Shown in pieces: positions 36,564 to 46,864 of a stretch of 64,000 nucleotides of DNA. Made by a program: the position numbers and the translations under genes. The stretch's first letter is position 1. The number at the start of each line of letters is the position of its first letter. This stretch comes from Tieghemostelium lacteum (taxonomy: Eukaryota). The notes under the pieces are model-generated. The model saw nothing but the letters and a program-made list of their open reading frames with translations. It did no database searches and was not told the DNA's origin. The DNA is taken from contig LODT01000034.1 of NCBI GenBank assembly GCA_001606155.1, positions 161,665 to 225,664 on the forward strand, written 5' to 3'.

Positions 36564-37625
36564 GTGAATCACCAAGATCCAAAATATTATCAAATTTCAC
36601 CCGCAATTTTTCAACAACAAGACTCTATAAATGTTACAACAAATCAATTCCCAAAAATAATCATACGACCAATCATTAAATATTTATTAATATCTTCATC
36701 CAATTCGACAATAAGCAATGATATCAAAACTATATCACTTGTTTGTAAATTGTGGAATATTTTGATTCAAGATGATGAAATTTGGAGATTATTATCACTT
36801 AAAAGATGGTCATCTCTATTACAACTCAACAATAATCTCACATTCTCTCAATCAAATTTGATTGAGATCCAAAACTATCCCAATCCACAAGAAATCAAAG
36901 ATTATGATCTTCTGAAACGTAAATTCATTGAATACATTCCTGATCACCTTCACATTAAATCATGGAAAGAATTATTCATTCAAAGATACAGAAAAGAACA
37001 ATTGCCAATGAATTTACTCTCAAATATACAATCACAATGCCAACAACGATCCAAAATTGATCATGAATCAATTGATTCATCAATTCAGAGATATAAAGAA
37101 ATTGTTTTGTTCACTAGAGTACCAAAATCTGAAGATCAAGATTTAAATTTCCTGTTTGATTCGTTGATCTATCGTAATTATTACTTTAAAGTCAAATCTG
37201 ACTTTTTATGTTATGACTTTGGTATGAGTACTCAACATTTGTGGTATATTGTTGGAACAATCATGGATAAGAATTTCTATCAATTTGAGTTCAAATTCTC
37301 TTATCGAGAAGAAACATCAGGAGATTCTAATCATGGAGATCATGATACATTTCAGATTTTTCAAGTTGGAAACAAATCACTTTCTATTTGTGAATATTAT
37401 GTACATTTTAATGAACCACAACCAATCATCCTTTACTTTGAAGAATTGTCAAACATGATCAATCTTGATATTAACATTATCAACAAATTTCATAGTTTTT
37501 TTATTAATATGTCTAAAAACCATCCAGAAGATGTGACAGATCCTTTTGTGGCTGAAACCAATGAAGAAATTGAATATGAAAATAGAAAAATTAAATCAAT
37601 GGTATATGCAATAAATAAAAATTAA
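36564..37625 (+). CDS. F-box protein (353 aa ORF). The 5' end is unresolved: there is no in-frame ATG for about 150 codons, and a possible 5' coding piece sits at 36241..36474 in another frame
   Basis: F-box signature IIRPIIKYLLIS...ISLVCKLWNILIQDDEIWRLLSL. The track start 36564 is GTG. Confidence 0.5.
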   Translation: MNHQDPKYYQISPAIFQQQDSINVTTNQFPKIIIRPIIKYLLISSSNSTISNDIKTISLVCKLWNILIQDDEIWRLLSLKRWSSLLQLNNNLTFSQSNLIEIQNYPNPQEIKDYDLLKRKFIEYIPDHLHIKSWKELFIQRYRKEQLPMNLLSNIQSQCQQRSKIDHESIDSSIQRYKEIVLFTRVPKSEDQDLNFLFDSLIYRNYYFKVKSDFLCYDFGMSTQHLWYIVGTIMDKNFYQFEFKFSYREETSGDSNHGDHDTFQIFQVGNKSLSICEYYVHFNEPQPIILYFEELSNMINLDINIINKFHSFFINMSKNHPEDVTDPFVAETNEEIEYENRKIKSMVYAINKN

Positions 37626-37829
37626 ATATTTTTTTAGATCAGATAAAAGATGAGGATTTTATTTTTTATTGTCTATCAATATCCGACTCTTATATATTAG
37701 AATATTAATTTTATTTCAATAGTTCTGTACCTTGGTTTTGACTATAAATATTGTTCTATCTCCTTTTCTATTTAATTTTCAGTTAATTTATTTTTATTTT
37801 TTCATTTTTGTGCATATAAACTCTTTGCC

Positions 37830-38560
37830 AATATCTAGAGATAGATGAAGATAAAAACCATTATGGTAAAGTTTTTGAAATATTAAAACACACTTCACAA
37901 TCTATGAATCTGCAACGTTTGAGGGTAATAACAAATATTTCCTCCTCACATCAAGCTGCTGTTGATTTTCTATCCAATATCAAAACTGGTACTTTAAATT
38001 TAGTTTCTATATAGAATGGAACAATGAAACAATACCAGATAATATAACAAACCAATGGATACATTCTCTATCACTTCTCACAAAAAATGATAAAATAATA
38101 TTAGAGTTATGGAAACACAAAGATAATATAAAATCCATTTTCGCAATGAGGTGCCAGTAAATATATAGTTAAAGAATTTAAAAATCTACGGTATCTCGAA
38201 TTACAAAATTTAACAAGCTCAATGGGGATTAATGATATATCGGCATTTAAAAATCTTCCTACTGTTGATTTTCATGGAATGGATATTGGTGTTCTATATC
38301 AACTTCTGTAAATTCAACATCCAACTATTCAAAAATATATTATACACAATCCCCATTACAAGGTAAATAGTATTGAAAATGATTTAAGATTGTTTATAAC
38401 ATCACTGTCTCACAACACCACACTAACAGCGTTAGTTAAATTCACAAATGACATGGTAAAAGAATTTAATGAGCTCTTTAGAATCATTTCATGAAATGTT
38501 TTGATTTATCTCATGCATCCGATAATATTCAAATTAAATATAATAAACTCATCCATCCTT
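37830..38560 (+). pseudogene. Stop-riddled relic of the LRR-like family related to 14869..16563 (LEIDEDKNHYGKVFEILKHTSQSMNLQRLRV...)
   Basis: Coding-like composition with multiple in-frame stops. The first 160 bp recur at 40310..40470. Confidence 0.35.
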
Positions 38561-39028
38561 TATTAAATATAAATCTAAATTCTTTATTACCAACATAACT
38601 TAATATATAGATATTGTTGATGATTTTATTTTTTAGAGAGAAGAGAGAAATTGAATAAACACACAATTTAGAAAGTTACTTGAAAAAGGGGGTAGGTGTA
38701 TTTTTCAATGAAATTTGGTAACATAGTGTATTTCACTGTCAATTGGAATATACACATATGGGAAGAACTTTTCACCTCTTCCAATTCATTCTTTCCAGAA
38801 ATGTGATCATAAATTTATATTTTGAAGGTACAAGGAATAATTTATAATAATTCATGAAAAAAAAATCGTAAAGATTGTTGTGAATGTTTAAATAAACTTT
38901 ATATAGGGGAAAGTTTGAAAATATGAAGTTGAACAATTATTTATTATTAAATAAAGAAATAATGTATATTGTAAATTGGATATATATAGTTTTAAAATTT
39001 ATGTACAGAACAACTAATTATGTGGAAG

Positions 39029-39791
39029 CTACATAATAAGACAATTATATTTCGTTTCCTCTTGACGATCGTCATTTCTCTTTTTATCTTTGCTTTCAGA
39101 AGCAAGTGAAGATATGATCTCAAGATCCTCTGGACTGAGTTGAAGAGACTCCATTGTATCTTTGAGAGTAGATTCTTTTTTTTTTTTTTCCATAGTATGT
39201 GAGGCTGTTGCAATTGGAGAAAGAGCTATGGAACCAAATAATACTTTACGGAGTTGATCCGAACTGGTTGGAATTGCTATATAATCTTCACATATAATAT
39301 CTAAAAGACAATTGACAAAGTGTTGACAATTCCAAAATACTTTTTGATAAGTTCCTATAATAGCAATATTAGTAACATGATAAGATAAGAAAACTAGACT
39401 CTAACTTACCGAAGTGTTGGATTAAAAGATTTCCAATATTGTGTATCTCTATCGGATTGTATTTAGTGGTTCCAAGTTGGAATATAGCTTTGTTTGAAAG
39501 ATGAATTCCTTGATTAGCAGAAGTAACTTGACATGTAACAGAAGTTGGTTTTCTTGTTATCTTGTCCTGGATAAATACCATATGTATAATGAATGATTGG
39601 GTGAGAATGGCCAAATGGGCAAGAACTGTTTCTGTAGGAGAATAACAAACCCCTTCTACTTTAGCCATGATAACAGGTTTAGGTGTTAACAGAGATTTGG
39701 TAAATGATAATTTGATTTGGTTGAGTTCATCTTCATTTATTAGATCAGGAGGCAAAGACAATTTTTTAATAATTTTTATAATTGATATCAA
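39029..39791 (-). CDS. Hypothetical conserved-looking protein of about 235 aa. Exons 39791..39410 and 39354..39029, with a 55-nt GTAAGT intron (alternative acceptor at 39303)
   Basis: Exon 1 ends ..CAC TTC G|GTAAGT. Exon 2 frame is open to TAG 39031-39029 and contains an A18-encoded Lys run. Confidence 0.45.
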
Positions 39792-40309
39792 GCAAAAGAT
39801 ATAATAATGTAAAACCTCAAGTTCACATGCATATAACTTTTTTGTTATTATTGTGCACAGAATTTAATTCCAAAAATTAAATTTCATTAAAATGCCCCAA
39901 AAACCTTTAAATATATTAAAAATTGATGCATGTGAATATGAAAGAGAAATAGAGGTATAATAAAAAATAATATCTTAACACAAGGAGGGATAAACCGTTG
40001 ATAAGTCAGATTTAGATTTAAAACTAAATTTACAACATTTATATTTATTTTTCTTTTAGCAGTATATTTTAGTATTTTTTTTATTCACAATTTTTGTTGG
40101 TGATACCAGCACTGATTGTTTTTCATTTTACACAAAGAGTACATCACAATGAATTCTCTACAAAAATTAATTAGTAAGAATAATTTTTTAATTTCGAATT
40201 ATATTAAAAGTCTTAATAATGGAACATATCTATGATATCATATCATCAAACAATAAATCTAAAATAATTTTACAAGAAAATTAAAATATCACAAATGATG
40301 TTAAAGTCT

Positions 40310-40470
40310 CTTGAATTGCCAAAATCTAGAGATAGATCGTATGGTCTTAGATGAGGATAAAAACCAGTACGATAAAGTTTTTGAAATAATAAATTACGCT
40401 TCACAATGAATGAATCTGCAACGTTTGAGTGTGGTTGAATAGAAATTCTTCTTCACAAAAATATCTACAG
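40310..40470 (+). repeat. Second copy (about 80% identity) of the 37830..37990 segment: a dispersed relic of the LRR-like family
   Basis: Shared strings ..atctagagatagat..gataaaaacca..aaagtttttgaaat..tgaatctgcaacgtttgag.. Confidence 0.5.
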
Positions 40471-40544
40471 ATCAAGATGTGGTTTTAAAAAAATTTGAAT
40501 TCGCCTCGTTTAAAATCATCAAATCATTTAGATTACAATATTTA

Positions 40545-42734
40545 TTATTGGATTGAACATTTTTGAGGTTCAATGCCTGAAGACTCAAGTTGGATTTGAT
40601 CATTTACCTTTTGAATGTTTTCATCAATTTTCTCATTATGTAAGAGATCCGTCATTTCCCACTCCAGATAATAACTTTTAAGAGTTTTAAGATAAGAGAG
40701 TAAGATATGTTTGCTATCTGGGTGATTGGTGTATTCGTAAATTAGAGTTTTTAGACTCTTTATGAAATCACTTTGGTAGTGTTGGTTATAGGAATGTCCA
40801 TCCACAAGACTTTTGTAGACATGATAGGATTTTTCATAGAATTCTATTGGAGATCTATTCAGCTGTATATTCAATTGAGCTATATAGTAAAAGGTGTGAG
40901 CATCTAAAAATCTATCGAAATTTGGAATTGTTGATTTTGGTTTATAATAATTCAAGTACTGTTTAAAATAGTTTTCAGATTGACTATAGTTTTTCAATTC
41001 TAAATAGGATCTTCCCAGTCCACTTAATGCTGATAGAATCCATTTTGCATTAAATGGATGACACTGTTTTTCAAATACTGATAGAGCATTTTGATAGTAT
41101 TCGATAGATCTTGTCAGATTATATTGTTCTTGTTTTTCTTTGGATAGGTAATCTGTGTATCCGACGGTACATTGAGCTTGCATCATACGAAGATGTACAA
41201 CTATTGGGTGTTCTTCAGGATAGGTTTTCAATCTAATTTCTAAAGCCTCTTCCAATTCTGATAATCTTGTATTTACATAGCTTTCAATATGAGGATATGC
41301 CAAATCTTGCATTTCAGTAGGTGTTAAATAGAGTTTGGAACTGACTTCTAGACATCTAGCTTTAAGATCTTCTGCATCTTGTCTACCTATAAATCTAGGT
41401 TTTCTCAACATTTCAATAGCATCTTTATATGCAGATCTCTCATACAACATATGAGCAGCCTTTACAGACTCCTTTTCATAAACAGCATGAAAGTATATAG
41501 CAATTGCACCTTCAGGGTCTAGTAACTTCTTTAAATTAGCAGCATGTCTTAAATCTAATTTCCTTATAAGCAATGCCATCTGTTCCAACTCTTTAGACTT
41601 ATAAGCATTCATTTTTGATAACTGATAATAGACTTCAGAACGACTGTAATAACCAGCCAATTGAAGTGATTTACAACATTGGTAATAACCTTTAGCCAAT
41701 ATTACATTACTATTCTCCTGTGCCAAAGACAATTGATGATACTTTTCCTCATACAGTGCATGAATATCCCACACTCCAGCTCTTTTAAGTTCTTTTGAGA
41801 TTTTTAATAAATCTAATAAAACTTCATTATTATAGTGGTGAAATCGTTCAACTAAACCTTCATCTTTGGGTACTATATTACAAAAGAACATGTTCACTCT
41901 GATTACAGGTCCAAAATCAGTAATCTTATCTACTCTCTCTACAAGACCATTTGCCTCCAATTCATCAATACAATCTGAAAACTTTTCAATGATTGTTAAA
42001 TGTAGTTCTTTTAGTTGTAGAATAGCTAGTATTTTAAAAGCCATAATAGAACGTTCAGAAAGTTTACTTAATACTCCATCTATAAACTCTTGTAACTCTG
42101 ACATTTTACTAACATCCAACAAAGTCTTTTGTAGAATTAAATGAGTATGAGGTGTGACTATATCAATACCAGTAATTGCCATCTTCGTTGGTATAGATTG
42201 TACTGTAAACAATTGAGATCTTATGGAATCTAGACTATCATTATGTATTGAACTATCCAAAATCACAACAATTTTGATACGATTGGAAATGGATAGATTA
42301 CTGAGATAGTTTTCTGTAAACTTATTCAAGTCTCTTACACCATCAAATATCAGTGATATATTGTATTTTTGATAGTACATCCACAAAGTCTCATAAAAAA
42401 GACTGAGGAAATCATGTAGTTTGTACTTGTCCAAGTCTTGAATGAAATAGGTATTTCTAATAAGATCACGTAGTTTAAATAAAACCATGTCATCTTCATC
42501 ATTCATATCAATCCAATATACCAACTGATTCTCTTTCTTTAATCTCTCAGAGAAATAGTAATGAACTAAAGTAGTCTTTCCGCTATATGCACTACCATGT
42601 ACATAACAAATCTGATTAGTCTCTTGAATATTACTGAAAGCTTTTAAATTACTCTCTTCATTCCCTTCTGTATTTCTAAAACTAAATTGAATGTACTCTT
42701 TATAGTGCTTTTCTGGTAAATAACTGTTAATCAT
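40545..42734 (-). CDS. STAND-like P-loop NTPase (NB-ARC/NACHT-type) with C-terminal TPR-like repeats, 729 aa, single exon
   Basis: Walker A GSAYSGKTTLV at residue 47. Walker B-like ISLIFDGVRD, then RIKIVVILDS. C-terminal half is rich in TPR-type helices (LSGLGRSYLELKNYSQSENYFKQYLNYY). Confidence 0.7.
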   Translation of the reverse strand: MINSYLPEKHYKEYIQFSFRNTEGNEESNLKAFSNIQETNQICYVHGSAYSGKTTLVHYYFSERLKKENQLVYWIDMNDEDDMVLFKLRDLIRNTYFIQDLDKYKLHDFLSLFYETLWMYYQKYNISLIFDGVRDLNKFTENYLSNLSISNRIKIVVILDSSIHNDSLDSIRSQLFTVQSIPTKMAITGIDIVTPHTHLILQKTLLDVSKMSELQEFIDGVLSKLSERSIMAFKILAILQLKELHLTIIEKFSDCIDELEANGLVERVDKITDFGPVIRVNMFFCNIVPKDEGLVERFHHYNNEVLLDLLKISKELKRAGVWDIHALYEEKYHQLSLAQENSNVILAKGYYQCCKSLQLAGYYSRSEVYYQLSKMNAYKSKELEQMALLIRKLDLRHAANLKKLLDPEGAIAIYFHAVYEKESVKAAHMLYERSAYKDAIEMLRKPRFIGRQDAEDLKARCLEVSSKLYLTPTEMQDLAYPHIESYVNTRLSELEEALEIRLKTYPEEHPIVVHLRMMQAQCTVGYTDYLSKEKQEQYNLTRSIEYYQNALSVFEKQCHPFNAKWILSALSGLGRSYLELKNYSQSENYFKQYLNYYKPKSTIPNFDRFLDAHTFYYIAQLNIQLNRSPIEFYEKSYHVYKSLVDGHSYNQHYQSDFIKSLKTLIYEYTNHPDSKHILLSYLKTLKSYYLEWEMTDLLHNEKIDENIQKVNDQIQLESSGIEPQKCSIQ

Positions 42735-43088
42735 GTCTGTAGATATAAAAAAAATGAAATTTTTAAAACCATTTCATTTTTTATAAATATATATAGGAGA
42801 TGATTCAAGTTCTCCACACCACTTATTTTCAATTTAAATTGAATAGTGAAGTGGTGAAATTTCATCAACCAATTAATTTTTATTTTTCAATTCCCACATA
42901 ATCGTCAATAGGTAGGTATAGATATAAGTATATAAATTATTAACTGTTCTTTATCTCTTTTTTTTTTATTCTTTAATATATCATTACTATATTATTAATA
43001 CATTTAGTTTAATACTAACTAAATGATTTATTTTTTACTTTCATAATTCTTTTTTTTTTACATATCTTTCTTTTTTTAGATATATAAA

Positions 43089-44003
43089 ATGCAATCTTAT
43101 CAAGATATTACAGACGGAGATAAAATTATTTCCATTTTACTTGAACAATCAAAAAGTTCTAAACACTTTTTGGTTCCTAGAATTGATACTGACTTTGGGT
43201 TTGGTTTGGAGAGTAATTATAAAGAAACCCATTACTACTGTGACCTCTTCCCATATGGTGTAAATGGGTTCTATATGCCAGAGAAAAAGAAGAAGAAGAA
43301 GAAGAAGATCGATGATAAATGGGAACCACATTTATTAAAGTTCCACACCAACCACAAGGTCTTTGAAAGAACTGTTGGTTATAATAATAATGGTGAACTG
43401 ATCATCACCCCAGCTTTTGGTAAATTCCCCATTGCTAAAAAAGTTCAACCAGAACTTCAACAACTACAACAACAACCAATTCAACAACCAATTCAACAAG
43501 AACAACAACAACAACAATCAATTCAACAACAACCTGAACTACAACAACAACAACAAAAAGAAGAAGAGGTAGAAGTAGCTTCTGTGGACTCTGGTGTCAC
43601 AGGTGAAGCTGAGAAAAAGAGTGTCTCTGGTTGGTGGATGCTCTTGAGAGGACTGCTGTGGGTCTTGGTAGTCCTTGGTGTTATGGCTGGTATGTACTGT
43701 ACCAGAGGTGGTGTATCATCACCAAAAATGTTACTATTGGGGTCAAGTATGGCCGATGGGATTGCCTCCCCAATATCAACAACCACTATCAACAACAGCC
43801 AAGTAGCTCTGGTATCTGGTGACTTGGTTTATGAAGAAGAACCATTACTCCATGATCAGCCTCAAATGATTGCTGGGGTCTACATCATTTACCCCGAGGT
43901 AACTGATCCATCTTCTCAATTGATGGTTCTTGACCAAGGTTTGTCTGGATCTTGGTTTATTCAAATTCTCAGACTCTGCTTCAACTGGTTTGGTCTATGG
44001 TAA
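43089..44003 (+). CDS. Hypothetical membrane protein of 304 aa with a poly-Lys run, a Q-rich tract and one TM helix
   Basis: ORF with ATG 43089. TM WWMLLRGLLWVLVVLGVMAGMY. Confidence 0.45.
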   Translation: MQSYQDITDGDKIISILLEQSKSSKHFLVPRIDTDFGFGLESNYKETHYYCDLFPYGVNGFYMPEKKKKKKKKIDDKWEPHLLKFHTNHKVFERTVGYNNNGELIITPAFGKFPIAKKVQPELQQLQQQPIQQPIQQEQQQQQSIQQQPELQQQQQKEEEVEVASVDSGVTGEAEKKSVSGWWMLLRGLLWVLVVLGVMAGMYCTRGGVSSPKMLLLGSSMADGIASPISTTTINNSQVALVSGDLVYEEEPLLHDQPQMIAGVYIIYPEVTDPSSQLMVLDQGLSGSWFIQILRLCFNWFGLW

Positions 44004-44569
44004 CCAGTTTGATTTTTGTTGTCTGTACTAGTACAAATGATTGGTTTCAAGGTATTTCTTTTAGGATCTTTCTTTTCTTTTCTTAACTCTCTTCTTTACT
44101 TTCTTCTAATCCTTTAACTTTATTTTTATAATTATACTAACACTATATGTTTCTAACTTTTTATTCATTCTTTAGAATACATTTTAAAGTCTAGGTTAGA
44201 TTCTATTGATAAAGATCAGATGTCATTTTGTCATGATGTACATCATTTGGTTTAACCACTTAACTCTCTACAGTGAGAGTGTGGACTAAGCTTCTGATTA
44301 ACTGAATTCAGTCCTGGTTATGCTATTTTATTCAAGAAAGAACATTGTGGAACTTGTTTGTCTCTGAAACTGGCTATTCAATTGATTTTGGTTGACTTGT
44401 AGTCATATCCACTAGTTTCTGTCATTTATGATAGGGTGGTCAAAATAAGTGAAAACCAGTTTAAGAGAAACTAGAACTCAAATGTGTTCTTTCAAATTTA
44501 TAAATACCAATCAATAAATAATATTAATTTTAATTAGATCCTTTTAATTTACATGTGTATATTTATTTA

Positions 44570-46690
44570 TTATTGTATCAAACAATCTTTTGAATCTGGG
44601 TTCTCTTTTTTGAATTGTTTTTCTAAATCTTTCATGTGTTCTTTGATTTGTTCTTTTTTGATTTCTTCTTTTAGATCCCATTTCTTATAGTACTGTAACT
44701 GTAATTGTAGGTGTTCATAGAGTACTCTTTTCTTTTCAGGTTTAGAAGAGTAGTAATTGATTACTATTTTTAAGGTATTTTTGAAATCTGCACGTTGATT
44801 GTTACTGTAATCATTGGTTTCCATGATTTTCTTGTACTCCAAGAATGATTTAAGTTGATATTCAAATGCATAATCAGGTTTACCAGTTTTTTGGTAGAGT
44901 ATTGCAATGTGGTGATAAATATCTCCCAAAACAGCTCTATTGACTTGAATAATCTTGTCCAATGGTTTAGGGTAACTTAAAATACGGTTAAACCATTGTA
45001 GAGATTGATCATATTGATCTATTTCCATATAACCTTTACCCAAGCCATTGAGTACCTCTATTATAGATAAATGATTAAATGGTTGACATTGCTCTAGAAC
45101 TAATAGACATTGTTGTAAAGTCTGCAAAACCCAATCCATTGAATATTTTGCCTTAGTATTAATATCCATGTACTCGGAGTACCCTACCTTTGCTAGACAT
45201 AACATTTTCTGAGCATTAACAACCAAAGGGTTATCTAAAGAATTGTGCTTTAGAAGCAGAGATAAAGCTTCATCAAATTTAGAAATTCTAGTAGTCACAG
45301 TTGAATTTGCATAACTAATTTCTTTTAATCCTATAGGTGACTGAATGGAGGTATATAAGCAAATTAAAGATTTTGCTAAAAGTTCTTCAGGTTCTTTGTG
45401 ATCTTTAAATATGGGGTCTTGTAACATGGTTATAGCCTCACTATAACAATCTCCTCTGTATCTTGTCAAGGCGTTTTCTAAAGTAGGCTCACAATATTTT
45501 CTGCAGATACTGTGTACATCCATATAAGAAAATCTTTCAAAGTGACTTCTTAGATTCCATGCATGTAATAGTGCAAGATGATCTCTAAGTTCTTCATCAG
45601 CATAAGATCTGGCATTGTTATAGTATTTTTCACATCTAGTGAATAAATTAACTTTTTGCATTGCAACCATAACCTCATAATAGGAATACGAGTTCTCTCT
45701 GGGAACTGTACAAGTCTCTATATGAAGTAAATGATATTTCTCCTGATAGATTGCATGATATTCCCAAAGTCCAGTTTCTTTAGTGAATGCAACTGCATTT
45801 TGTAGCTGTTGCATTACTTCATTTCTAAAATGGTTAAACTCATCCTTGGGATTAGACTTTGCCAATAAGAGTGAACATAGAAATCTGTTAGGTCTAATTA
45901 AAGGAGTTAAAGCTACTCTGTCTATAACCCCCTTGGAAACCAACTCATCAACAAACGTTAAAAATCTCTCAGGAATAACCGACATGTGAAGTTCCTTCAA
46001 ATCCAAAAACGACAGAATATTGACTAGTTTTGCAGCATCACTTGAAAGTTTTTCTAAAATTCTACCAATCAATTGTAATTCAGTCTCTGGATGTTCATTC
46101 AACAATCCCAATTGTTGAAGTAACAAATACCCACTAGGCACCATCACAAGACCAGGAATGGGAATACTACAATTCACACCATGTACACTATGTAATTGAC
46201 CTTCAATGGGTGATAGATTTGATTGCACACATCCATCCAAAATCACCACTAATTTCACCCCTTTTGGAATTTCCAATTTCTGAATATAATCTCTTTGGAA
46301 ATTTTCCAAACTCAAAACACCATCAAACACCAAAGTGACTTGAAATGCGTGGTAGTGCAATTGTAAAGTCTCATAGAAAAGACTGAGGAATTCCAATCTG
46401 CTATACTTTTCAAGATCTTGAATAAAATAGTTTCTCTTGATAAGATCACGTAGATTAAAAACAATCATATCAGGTTCACCATTCATATCAATCCAATAAG
46501 TCAATTGATCACTTTTACCTGCTAAACAAGTTGAGAAATAGTGGTGTACCAATGTACTTTTACCAACACCACTTGCTCCACCCACATATGATACCTGTGA
46601 TCTTTCATACAATTTAGCAAATTCAGTTAAATTATTATCAAAATCTACATATTCTCTATATTTCTTTTCAGGTATATAGCTCCCTATCAT
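44570..46690 (-). CDS. Paralog of 40545..42734: STAND-like P-loop NTPase + TPR, 706 aa
   Basis: VSYVGGASGVGKSTLVHHYF Walker A. QVTLVFDGVLS Walker B-like. Collinear with the paralog at about 40% identity, including the C-terminal TPR region (LNGLGKGYMEIDQYDQSLQWFNRIL). Confidence 0.7.
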   Translation of the reverse strand: MIGSYIPEKKYREYVDFDNNLTEFAKLYERSQVSYVGGASGVGKSTLVHHYFSTCLAGKSDQLTYWIDMNGEPDMIVFNLRDLIKRNYFIQDLEKYSRLEFLSLFYETLQLHYHAFQVTLVFDGVLSLENFQRDYIQKLEIPKGVKLVVILDGCVQSNLSPIEGQLHSVHGVNCSIPIPGLVMVPSGYLLLQQLGLLNEHPETELQLIGRILEKLSSDAAKLVNILSFLDLKELHMSVIPERFLTFVDELVSKGVIDRVALTPLIRPNRFLCSLLLAKSNPKDEFNHFRNEVMQQLQNAVAFTKETGLWEYHAIYQEKYHLLHIETCTVPRENSYSYYEVMVAMQKVNLFTRCEKYYNNARSYADEELRDHLALLHAWNLRSHFERFSYMDVHSICRKYCEPTLENALTRYRGDCYSEAITMLQDPIFKDHKEPEELLAKSLICLYTSIQSPIGLKEISYANSTVTTRISKFDEALSLLLKHNSLDNPLVVNAQKMLCLAKVGYSEYMDINTKAKYSMDWVLQTLQQCLLVLEQCQPFNHLSIIEVLNGLGKGYMEIDQYDQSLQWFNRILSYPKPLDKIIQVNRAVLGDIYHHIAILYQKTGKPDYAFEYQLKSFLEYKKIMETNDYSNNQRADFKNTLKIVINYYSSKPEKKRVLYEHLQLQLQYYKKWDLKEEIKKEQIKEHMKDLEKQFKKENPDSKDCLIQ

Positions 46691-46864
46691 TTTTTCTTCT
46701 TCTTAATCAATTTATCAAAAATTCAAAAAAAAAAATCTGTTTTCATTACATTGAATTTTGACCTTGGACTAATAATTTAAAAATATCTTTTTTGGTATAT
46801 TGAAATTTTCTGTGTTAGCAATATATTTACACAAATCAGTACTATTTATTGAAGATATGTACAT

